DNA from: a bacterium
GTDB taxonomy: Bacteria > UBA10199 > 2-02-FULL-44-16 > DYJF01
Assembly (NCBI GenBank): GCA_041739675.1
Contig: JBGSNL010000086.1
Coordinates: forward strand, 1 to 16,496
Direction of reading: 5' to 3'
DNA length: 16,496 bases
The notes under the pieces were generated by a model. That model saw only the letters and a list, made by a program, of their open reading frames with translations, was not told the origin of the DNA and ran no database searches. The position numbers and the translations under genes were made by a program. Positions 1 to 8,700 of the stretch are shown one piece after another; positions within the stretch are counted from its first letter, which is position 1; every line of letters starts with the position of its first letter.

Positions 1-22
1 CTGGGAAAGAAAAGGAGATATT

Positions 23-2110
23 ATGTTATCTGGCGCCAGAACCGAACTGCCGTCACTTCGTTATTATAATCTCCATTCATGGCATCGAGCGCAGGGTGTT
101 TCTCGCGTGAGCCCTGTTTCTTCTGACAGTTCATATGAACTGGTGAGCCGGCAGCTGTCTGTTTGGGGCGTCACAGGTTCCCGCGCGCAGAGGCCGTTTC
201 TTTACAGTGACGGTAAATCGGGAGGCGGACAGGTTGTGGATCTCGCTCGGGCAGCACGGATCAGGAAGGCAAACTTTTTTTTATCTCATGCAGAAACTAA
301 AATCGCAGAGCTGAAGTCCGTCTTGGCGAAGGCAGTAGCATCTCTGAGTAAGGCGGATGAGCAAAGAACAGCGCAAACTGGCATCAATGGAGCATTTTCC
401 CCAGAGTGGGAGGATGTCCGTTGGGCGAACGGTATGATTCTTGGCGCGCACCAACAGCTCTTCGACATCGGAAAGAACGCTGAACAATTCGCCGACATTT
501 TGGGTCCGCAACGAGTGACCGAGATAAAGGAAAAAGTCAGGGCGGCGAGAACGGAGACTGACCCTCAGATCTTCGGCGCTGTGGAAGGTACGGAGAAGGT
601 TGCGGCGCTCAGAAATCTGGGCGTGCGATTAAGTTTGCAGGACCGACTTGACGAAAGCGAGCTGCGAAGGAGATTCGAGCTCTCAGGCGTTGAAGGAGAT
701 TCCGCATATAAAGAGTTCAGAGTGAGATCCAGGCGCGCCGCCGATAGAGCGTTTGGAGGTCTATACCTATATATCGCCACGCTGTGGCAGTTTTCACGGG
801 TCGCGCCCGGTACGCTGACCGTTGCGGAGATTTATGACGCGTATGAAAGATTCCTGATCAGGGACCGAGAATGGGTCAGCAGGACTGTTGTCCAGCTGCG
901 GGCGAGCGAGGCGGGGCAAGGCCCGAAAGTCGTGCACTATTATGATTACAACCGCGAGCCGCAGAGCATGGCCGACGCATCTTCAGACGGCGCATATGAA
1001 TTGATGAGCCTGCAGCCGTCGGTGTGGGATGTGACGGGCTCCGGAAGCAGCCGTCCGTTTTACCGCACGACACTATCGACTGATGAAGGACTTTTTGCCG
1101 CGATAAAAAGGCAGATCGGCATTATCGAAATCGAGGCAGGCACTGCCATCAGGAGCGCTATGTCGATCGGCGTGGACAATCCTTTGCGAAAATTGATGGC
1201 GGCGACAGTGATGATGGAGCTTTTATCTGCACTGGAACCCATTCCAGAGAGGGCACTCGGAGAGTTGGATATTTATAGCGCGATAAGGATTCAAATACTC
1301 GTGGAGGGGGTGCTCAACCGGGCGGCCAATGTCCTCGATGTCGATCATTTCGGTAAAGTGGTCAAGACCTTTAGACTCGGCCTGCTGCATGCTTTGACGA
1401 CTGCTCAGGGGGACTTGATCGAAGAATTGGCGCGCCGGCGGAGCTTAAATGCCGACATATTTTTGACCAGTGCAAGAGAGGAATTTGATGAGCTTGTGAA
1501 CGAATTCGGCAGAGCGGCCTTGTCTCTCTCGAACCCTCCTTACGAATACAATGGCCAAGATTTGGAAGTCGCCGCCTTGTTCATTTTGAGTGTGCAGCGG
1601 TTTGCAGCTTTGGAGGCGGAAAGTGTGCCGGATATTCGTGAATCATATGTTGGAGTAGTGAGACAATTGTTTGAAGAGATACGTGAAGGGGTTTTTGACC
1701 GCGCGGGTGCAGGGCAGGGCCCCACGGAAGTTAAATTTCACTATTTTGAAAACCCGATGTATGCACACAGGGCTGTCGCCGATGATTCTGTCGGTGTGGA
1801 TGCAGCCAGAGCAGGAATCGACACGGTCGGTCTCGTAGGTGGACCGTTGTCTTCTACGAGCGCGCCGTTTTACCGCAGCGCTCCCTCGACTGTTGCAGGT
1901 CTCGTGGAGGAAACAGGCGAAACCTCCGGCGGCGCGTTTGAGGGCGGTGCGGGGCAGCTTGCGGGTGCCGGTGGAACTGGAGCCTCGCATCAGAGAGTCG
2001 CCCGGCAGCACGTCGCCGGCGCCCGTGTCATGACGCAAACAGGAGCACCGGTGAGAGCGCCGGTACCGGCCGCGGCTGTTTTCAGACCCACGATGATCCG
2101 TGTGCGGTAA
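23..2110 (+). CDS. Modular hypothetical protein, paralog 1 (putative secreted multi-domain effector)
   Basis: 695-aa ORF with SD-like AAGGAG upstream. N-terminus MLSGARTE.PS and C-terminal ETGETSGGAFE...SHQRVA.Q.VAGA tail shared with the ORFs at 2813 and 5725. Three copies of the internal conserved motif (62-214, 911-1066, 1709-1879). The effector role is inferred. Confidence 0.85.
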   Translation: MLSGARTELPSLRYYNLHSWHRAQGVSRVSPVSSDSSYELVSRQLSVWGVTGSRAQRPFLYSDGKSGGGQVVDLARAARIRKANFFLSHAETKIAELKSVLAKAVASLSKADEQRTAQTGINGAFSPEWEDVRWANGMILGAHQQLFDIGKNAEQFADILGPQRVTEIKEKVRAARTETDPQIFGAVEGTEKVAALRNLGVRLSLQDRLDESELRRRFELSGVEGDSAYKEFRVRSRRAADRAFGGLYLYIATLWQFSRVAPGTLTVAEIYDAYERFLIRDREWVSRTVVQLRASEAGQGPKVVHYYDYNREPQSMADASSDGAYELMSLQPSVWDVTGSGSSRPFYRTTLSTDEGLFAAIKRQIGIIEIEAGTAIRSAMSIGVDNPLRKLMAATVMMELLSALEPIPERALGELDIYSAIRIQILVEGVLNRAANVLDVDHFGKVVKTFRLGLLHALTTAQGDLIEELARRRSLNADIFLTSAREEFDELVNEFGRAALSLSNPPYEYNGQDLEVAALFILSVQRFAALEAESVPDIRESYVGVVRQLFEEIREGVFDRAGAGQGPTEVKFHYFENPMYAHRAVADDSVGVDAARAGIDTVGLVGGPLSSTSAPFYRSAPSTVAGLVEETGETSGGAFEGGAGQLAGAGGTGASHQRVARQHVAGARVMTQTGAPVRAPVPAAAVFRPTMIRVR

Positions 2111-2134
2111 ATTGGATCGAAATAATCAAGTGAT

Positions 2135-2171
2135 CAGAGACCGGATTCCCCCGAATCCGGTCTCTGTTTTT
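2135..2171 (+). terminator. Rho-independent terminator (family-conserved hairpin, copy 1)
   Basis: Perfect 14-bp stem CAGAGACCGGATTC / GAATCCGGTCTCTG with CCCC loop followed by TTTTT, 24 nt after the stop of ORF 23-2110. Confidence 0.85.
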
Positions 2172-2183
2172 CCAAGTTTTTAC

Positions 2184-2212
2184 TTGTTTTTTCATTATAA
2201 ATAATGTAAATT
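2184..2212 (+). promoter_or_regulatory. Putative sigma70 promoter of the TA operon with palindromic operator
   Basis: TTGTTT(2184-2189)-N17-TAAATT(2207-2212). Inverted repeat CATTAT-AA-ATAATG (2193-2206) lies in the spacer. The ATG is 6 nt after the -10 with no SD, suggesting a leaderless mRNA. Confidence 0.55.
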
Positions 2213-2218
2213 ATAGTT

Positions 2219-2443
2219 ATGAAAAAGACCGCTGTCATATCAACCGTCATCGATTCCGCAGTCAAGGAGGCCGCCACGCAGTTTTGCAAGCGCCGCGGCC
2301 TGAAGCTCCGCTATTTTGTGGAGCAGGCGTTATTGGAGCAGCTTGAGGACGAGATCGATCTTGAGGCCTACAATGCGAGGCGGACGGAGGAAACCGTTCC
2401 TCTTGAGGATATTCTCGCCGCCAAGAAAAAACGAGCCGCATAA
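2219..2443 (+). CDS. Type II antitoxin (RelB/ribbon-helix-helix-like)
   Basis: 74 aa with an N-terminal strand-helix-helix pattern and acidic C-terminus (LEDEIDLEAY...TVPLEDIL). Its stop overlaps the start of the downstream RelE-like toxin (TAATG). Confidence 0.8.
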   Translation: MKKTAVISTVIDSAVKEAATQFCKRRGLKLRYFVEQALLEQLEDEIDLEAYNARRTEETVPLEDILAAKKKRAA

Positions 2444-2715
2444 TGCCCGTATATCGTGTTGAATTCACGAAAAGCGCAAAAAAGGAGTTTGAGGATCTTT
2501 CCTCAGAGGTCCAACTGAAGGTCCTGGAGGCGTTGGGTCTTTTGTCGCAAAATCCCTTCTCTGAATTGCTGCAGATCAAGAAGCTGAAGGGCGCACAGTC
2601 TCTTTACCGCATCAGAATCGGGGATTACCGGCTCGTCTATGAAGTCCGTGGCAATGTTCTCGTTATAGTCGTCATCAAAATCGGCCACCGAAAAGACGTT
2701 TATCGGCGCTTCTGA
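2443..2715 (+). CDS. relE: Type II toxin, RelE/ParE family (mRNA interferase)
   Basis: 90 aa with typical RelE motifs YRVEFTKSAKKEF, KKLKG, YRIRIGDYRLVY and IGHRKDVYR. Confidence 0.92.
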   Translation: MPVYRVEFTKSAKKEFEDLSSEVQLKVLEALGLLSQNPFSELLQIKKLKGAQSLYRIRIGDYRLVYEVRGNVLVIVVIKIGHRKDVYRRF

Positions 2716-2743
2716 ACCCCAAAGAATCTCGCAAAAAATCCAC

Positions 2744-2770
2744 GCAACTTCTTTGACAACCCGCCGACAA
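2744..2770 (+). promoter_or_regulatory. Putative sigma28 (FliA/WhiG)-type promoter of paralog 2
   Basis: GCAA(2744-2747)-N15-GCCGACAA(2763-2770), compared with the sigma28 consensus TAAA-N15-GCCGATAA. The same architecture is conserved upstream of paralog 3. A TTGACA also lies in the spacer (2753-2758). Confidence 0.6.
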
Positions 2771-2812
2771 AGCGGCTAAGGATAAGGCACGGGGGAAGAA
2801 AGGGATTATCTT

Positions 2813-5554
2813 ATGCTGTCGGGAGCAAGAACCGAACGTCCATCCTTACATCATTACGATCTTGATGCATGGAGACAACCGCAGGGTCTGCCGGAAATTA
2901 GCCCCATTTCTTCGGACAGCGCATATGAATTGATGAGCCGCCGGCCGTCGGTGTGGGATGTCACAGGTTCGGGTGCGCAGCGTCCATTTCTTTATAGCGA
3001 CGGTATTCCCGGAAATGATACTCGCGTGAAAGCCGCGGTGGATGGTGCCAGGCGGGATTTGGAGAATACTTCTCGGCGCGAAGTCAGAACGGTCTATGAA
3101 GCCAGTGTAGAGGAAACGCATGGACGAGTTGTGTCCGCTGCTGCGCGAGGAGACGTTTCTAGCGTTCTGCCAGCAGAGGTTGAAAAACTGGGCGCGATGT
3201 TGTTGCCTGCAAGGGCCACATTGCGCGCTCATGTAACTGCGGCCACAATGAGCCCCGATCCTGCTCTGGCCAAAGATATCGGGATCGCGCAAAGAGATGT
3301 CGGCTATCTGAGAGCGGCACTTGCATGGCTTGTTGCCTTCGCGCAGGCGTATTTGCCGGCCGACAAAGCGGCAGAGATCAAGAGGCTTGTCGATGCGGCT
3401 ATCTCTGGAGGAGCAACGGAGCTTCGTCCCGAGATAGAAAGACAAGGCGGTGGCAGTGTTCAAAGTCCTATTGGCGGCAATCATTATTATGATCCTTTCC
3501 GCGCGCTTCGGAGCATGTCCGAAGCATCTTCAGACGGAACGCTTGAGGCGATACGCGGCATGCACTCGGTGTGGGATGCGATCGGTTCTGTCGGTCAGCG
3601 TCCGTTTTTATACAGCGACGGTTCATCGGCCGATGGCAGGGACGAAGCGAGTTGGGAAGAATTTCAGAGGATGCGACAATTGTATCAACATATGATGGAA
3701 AAGTTTGGAATTTCATTGGGAGCACTCAGTGCTGACGAATTGGTGCTCAATTTTGCTCTTATTCGAAATGAGTTGAACATCGGTCGCGAATATGGACTGT
3801 TCAACCGTGTGCTGGAGGGTTTCATTAATGAAACTGACGAGACGCCGGCGGATTTTGTAGCTGCATTCAAAGATTACGCGAGACAATTCCTTTTGCGGAA
3901 AGTTGCGGGCGCTTCTGGCAGCGGTGGGCAAGGATCGGGTCCAGCGAGCGCTCATTTCTTTGAAGATCCAAACTCCGCATATATGACCTTGGCTGATGAC
4001 TATTCCGGACTGACTGCGGTCCGGGCCGGAATCGACACCGTAGGATTCCTCGGTGGCGCTTCATCTCCGACGAGCGCCCCATTTTACCGCAGCAGTCCGG
4101 CGCCCGACGGCCTGATCAATCGCGCGCGTGCGTTTCTGAGCGCAAATATCGTACGCTTTCCGCGAAACGTCTTTCCGGCGAGCATTCAGGCGGAAGCGAC
4201 CATAAGGATAGACGCATGGCTCGCTTCTTTTCACAGAGCGGACTATCAGATACAAACCTTCGGTGGAACCGGCAACACAGAGGACGCGTTCCAAATCGTC
4301 ACTGCAATTTCGGAGATCGAGAGACGGTTGCCGACTGCGGGCCTGACCGAAGTGTATGAGATGTTGCAATATCTGGAGCATCATAAGTTTGAAGGAAGAC
4401 GCGTCGATTTGGATTATGAAGTGGGCCCTACCGCTTCACGAGCCGATGTCACAGGGGCCCTTCGCGTTCTGAATATCGCTATTGCGACAAGGGTGCTGGA
4501 AATTATGAGGGACGGAGAACTAATAAGAAGCGTCGGAGATACGCTGCCTCCTCCGATAAGAATGGTTCTCTACGAAGGGCAAAGCCGCGTAGCAACAGGC
4601 ACAACGGATAGGCTTCTCTACCTGTTTCAGGCGCTGACCGGCTCCCGTGAGGGCATCTATTACGTTTTGAAGAATGCGAGCCGCGGTAAACCGGTGTCCA
4701 CAGTCGATTTACTCATCATGACTCTGCAAACGTATCTCGACGAACTGATTGACGAGAGCGAGCATGTCTGGAGCGGTGCTGCTTCGGCGCAGCAGTTTTC
4801 AGCCGGCGTCGATGCCGAGATTCAAAGATTGCAGACGGTTTTGGCGCGGGAAGTGGAGCGGAAATCCGCTATCCCTATGGAGGAACCTCCCCAAAGTGCG
4901 GAAGAGCTTATCAGGCCCAGACTCAGAATGCTGCCGATTTATCTTGGGCGCGTTTCCCGTGAACAGAGAAGAATCGATTCGGTGCGTGCGGAGCTTGAAG
5001 GCATTGCCGCGGCAACTGAAGGATATGCGGATGCTTTAGGTCAAGCGCGCGTGGCCGAAATCAAGGGGCTTGTTTCCAGGGTGATTGGGGAAACGATTCC
5101 GGCTTCATCTTCAAGTCGTGTGGACAAGGGCGGCGGAGGAAATCCCAACGGTGCCGTTCCCGGCCCGTCAATCGGTCGTTTCTTTGAGCATCCCGCGTCT
5201 GCACATATGACGATGATGGATGATCCCACAAGTATAGATGCGTTCAGAGCGGGAATGGAGAGAAGTAATTTCTTCTTTGGCGGCGCGTTCAGATCCATCA
5301 GCCGTCCATTTTACCGCAGCGGTCCGTCAACAGTCGCCGGGATCGTGGAAGACACAGGCGAGACCTCCGGCGGCGCGTTTGAGGGCAGTGCGGGGCAGCT
5401 TGCGAGTTCCGGTGGGGCTGGAGCATCGCACCAGAGAGTCGCCCGGCAGCAAGTCGCCGGCGCACGCATAATGGTGCAAACAAGGTTACATGCCAGCTTG
5501 CCGGTAGTAACCCCTGCCATGGCCCCCATCAGGAGCACAATAGGTAGGCTGTAA
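2813..5554 (+). CDS. Modular hypothetical protein, paralog 2 (putative secreted multi-domain effector)
   Basis: 913-aa ORF with the family N-terminus and C-terminal tail. Four copies of the conserved motif (2849-3004, 3446-3622, 3926-4093, 5129-5320) separate three variable domains. Confidence 0.85.
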   Translation: MLSGARTERPSLHHYDLDAWRQPQGLPEISPISSDSAYELMSRRPSVWDVTGSGAQRPFLYSDGIPGNDTRVKAAVDGARRDLENTSRREVRTVYEASVEETHGRVVSAAARGDVSSVLPAEVEKLGAMLLPARATLRAHVTAATMSPDPALAKDIGIAQRDVGYLRAALAWLVAFAQAYLPADKAAEIKRLVDAAISGGATELRPEIERQGGGSVQSPIGGNHYYDPFRALRSMSEASSDGTLEAIRGMHSVWDAIGSVGQRPFLYSDGSSADGRDEASWEEFQRMRQLYQHMMEKFGISLGALSADELVLNFALIRNELNIGREYGLFNRVLEGFINETDETPADFVAAFKDYARQFLLRKVAGASGSGGQGSGPASAHFFEDPNSAYMTLADDYSGLTAVRAGIDTVGFLGGASSPTSAPFYRSSPAPDGLINRARAFLSANIVRFPRNVFPASIQAEATIRIDAWLASFHRADYQIQTFGGTGNTEDAFQIVTAISEIERRLPTAGLTEVYEMLQYLEHHKFEGRRVDLDYEVGPTASRADVTGALRVLNIAIATRVLEIMRDGELIRSVGDTLPPPIRMVLYEGQSRVATGTTDRLLYLFQALTGSREGIYYVLKNASRGKPVSTVDLLIMTLQTYLDELIDESEHVWSGAASAQQFSAGVDAEIQRLQTVLAREVERKSAIPMEEPPQSAEELIRPRLRMLPIYLGRVSREQRRIDSVRAELEGIAAATEGYADALGQARVAEIKGLVSRVIGETIPASSSSRVDKGGGGNPNGAVPGPSIGRFFEHPASAHMTMMDDPTSIDAFRAGMERSNFFFGGAFRSISRPFYRSGPSTVAGIVEDTGETSGGAFEGSAGQLASSGGAGASHQRVARQQVAGARIMVQTRLHASLPVVTPAMAPIRSTIGRL

Positions 5555-5588
5555 TTGAGATTAAGCTAGAGACAAATAACAAGTAACG

Positions 5589-5642
5589 AGAGACCGGATT
5601 GGAGTTTTTCCCCAATCCGGCCTCTTTTTTCCGGTCTCTTTT
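5589..5642 (+). terminator. Rho-independent terminator (family-conserved hairpin, copy 2, with duplicated right arm)
   Basis: AGAGACCGGATTGG (5589-5602) pairs with CCAATCCGGCCTCT (5612-5625, one mismatch) followed by a T-run. A second right arm TCCGGTCTCTTTT lies at 5630-5642. Confidence 0.75.
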
Positions 5643-5657
5643 GTACCAAAAAAACAC

Positions 5658-5684
5658 GCAACCTTTTTGACAGGGTGCCGACAA
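5658..5684 (+). promoter_or_regulatory. Putative sigma28 (FliA/WhiG)-type promoter of paralog 3
   Basis: GCAA(5658-5661)-N15-GCCGACAA(5677-5684), with the same spacing and elements as 2744-2770. Confidence 0.6.
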
Positions 5685-5724
5685 AGAAGGTAAAGGGACA
5701 ACTGGGGTAAGAAAGGGGAACAAT

Positions 5725-8700
5725 ATGTTATCGGGAGCAAGAACCGAGCGTCCGTCTCGTCATTATTTTGATATAGATGCCTGGAGACAATCGCAGGGTT
5801 TTCCTCAAGTGAGCCCTGTTTCTCCAAGCGGCGTGGACACATTTGAAAGGGGTATAGATGATGCTGGTCTCCTGGCCCGCCCGGATGGGCGCGGGACTGC
5901 TTACCGCACTGCCCCTGCGGTCGATCCGTCGAGCCGCACTTATTGGGTCGGCGATTGGAAGGTATATGTCCGTATCCTTCAACGGGAACTTGGAACACAA
6001 TTTGATGATCGAACCATTGCCATTTTTGAGGAACAATTTCCCTATGTCGGCAGTTTTGTAACGACCTATCTGAGTCTTTCGCCCAACGAAAACAGCCCGC
6101 ATCGTTGGATGATCGGAGGCGCGAGGCGGGCCGATCCCATTTCAGATTTTCGCACATATATCGAACTGCGTTCTCAGGGGGACCCTAAATTTGAAAAGCT
6201 CGCGCGTGTGTTGAAGAAAATCCAGGAGCAGGCCGATAGGGTGGAAGTGAATCTAATCAGACTGTCCGAGTATCAAGGTTATCTTAGCCGTGGCGATGAT
6301 AAACGTGATTTCTATCAGGGGAAAATTCGAGAAATACGAAGCGAAATTGCCGACGCCAAAGAAGCCATTCGAGAAAACGTTCGGGGAGCGGGGGAAGTTC
6401 TTAGGTTTCCGAAAGGCCACTTGGCGGAAGTGAGAAGATTTGCGCGGGAGGCGGTCCACGCCGCCGAATCTCAGGCGCAACAGACAATAGAAAGGGAGCG
6501 TATTTTTGCTGAGCTGGAGCGCCAGCGTTTCGGCACCAGAGCGGTCTCGGCGCCTTTGGGTGCGGGCAGTCGGCGAACATCACGCTCAAGAGGTGTGCGT
6601 TATTATGACGAGAATATGTTCAGAATGGCGCAAGGTTTGCCTGAAGTGAGCCTTGCTTCCGAGGGTATCGACAGTGTCGGTCTCCTTGCCGGTCCCGACG
6701 GCGTTGGCAGCTTTGCCCCGAACTATCTTAGCGGCCGTGCGTCGCGCAGCGGCGGCTCTGCCGGTTCGTCTGACGAAGCTGCCGTGCGAAGCGTCTGGTC
6801 AGATATGGACAAGATCATGTTCAAAGAGTTTCGACAAGACATACGGCGTGGAGATATCACTACAAGTCAGCAATTGTCCGAGCGCATCCATAGAGGAGGT
6901 CGCTTCGGAGGTCTCTACAACTCGGGGTTAGATTATGTGAGGGCAGCGGCCGAACTTCTTTTGTGGAGCAAAGATAAGATCGAATTTGATCTGGAGACCT
7001 ATGTCAAAGACCTGATGGATCTGAATATGTGGAGAAGGCGGGTCGTTTGGGAGCCGGGCGCGCATTTTGAATCTGATCATTATTCGCAACGCGGCGACGT
7101 CACAGGAGCTATATTAAAGGCCTTGAGCGTGGTTGAAAGGACGTTGTATGGCGAAGGCGCAGCGCGCGGTTTTCAGGAGGGATGGGAAGTCGATTATACG
7201 ATGTTTGCACTGGAGCCTGTCGATCTATGGGAAGGCGCCGATGCCGGGCATGATCCCGTTCTCCTTTCCAGACGCTTAGTGGAGGAGGTCTATAAGCTTT
7301 ACTCAGAAGGTTCTTCCTATCAGTCGGAACCATTGCAGCGGATCAATGATGCGATAATGTTTGCAAGTTTGGGTCACGGTGCTCAATTAAGAAAGGGTAC
7401 TGCATATCCGTACATAATCCATCCTATTGGCGTGGCCACGATAATCGCCGAGAACGGTGGCGACATCGATCAGATAATTGCCGGGGTCTTCCATGATCTG
7501 CCTGAAGATACGAAGGTCACTGTCGCAGAGATAAGGGCCGAGTTCGGCGACCGCGTAGCAAACGCCCTTGAGGCCGTCGTCACGCCGGGTAAATCGGAAG
7601 GGAAAAGCAAGCTGACGTGGGAGCAGAGCAAACAGCTCACCATCGACCACATCGCCGAATTGCCGCTGGATGCTCTCATTGTCGAGATGGCCGATAAACT
7701 TGATAACATGCGTGCTATAAGGGCCGACTTTGAAGCGCTGGGTGACGGGCTTTGGACGAGGTTCAAAAGAGGAAAAGAGCAGCAGGGATGGTATTACGGA
7801 TCAATAGCGGCCGCGTTTTTGAAGAGGACCGATACGGAAGCGACAAGAAAGATAGCCCGGGAATTTGCAGGGCATGTAAGGGCCGTTTTTGGCCAAAGCA
7901 GCGTCTCCGGAAGTGAAGCGTCGAGATCGGGCGGTCGCCCGTCGGGCCCCGGAAGCGCGCGTTATTATGAATTTCCGTCATGGTTCGCCGCAGACCCGGC
8001 CGAAGCGTCTTCAGACAGCACGCCGGAGTTCAGATTCGCGAGAACCTTTTTTGTAGGCGGCCCCGACGGACGGGAATTTCATTATAGGGACCGAAGCCAC
8101 TTGATAGGCCGCTCGCCCGATGCGCGGGTGAGACTTGTCGAAGATATATCGGCTAAGATCAGAAGTAAGGAAGGGTGGATTGAAGCTATGGCCGCGGACT
8201 GGCCATCACGAGTGGCAGCGTTGCAAGCGGCGAGTCCCCTTTTCGTCGATAGTGAGCTGGACAGAGTTCATGGTGCGCTTGAAGCAATAATGGACGATAT
8301 TGAAAGTCTGGTTAGAGATGCCGAAAAAGGGCGTTTGTTAAAGAGTCAGATGAGAGAAATCATAGCGCTTGCCCAGTCAGTTATCGCAAAAGCGATGGCC
8401 TGGCCCAATTTACCGAACACAGCTCAAGCACAATCCGCGCCGCCGGCGCCTGCTCCGCAGACTACACCCACGCCTGCAGCGCCTCCAGACTCGACACCTC
8501 CGGCCCCCGAAACGCAGTCAAGCGAGCCGACTGTTACAGGACTTGTGTCGGAGGAAGAAACAGGTGAAACATCGGGCGGCGCATTTGAGACCGGTGCAGA
8601 ACATTTGGCTGGAGCTTCTCAAGCTGGAAGCTCGCATCAGAGAGTCGCTCAACGGCAAGTTGCAGGCGCAGCGAGGGTGAGGCAGCCCGCGACAGGAGTG

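Noticed and set aside
275..282. T8 homopolymer near the 5' end of paralog 1 as a phase-variation tract
   Set aside because: It is short, encodes F-L in a conserved-looking helix, and is not present in the other paralogs.
8431..8526. Pro/Thr/Ala-rich segment as a separate repeat element
   Set aside because: It is a low-complexity linker inside paralog 3 with no regular DNA periodicity.
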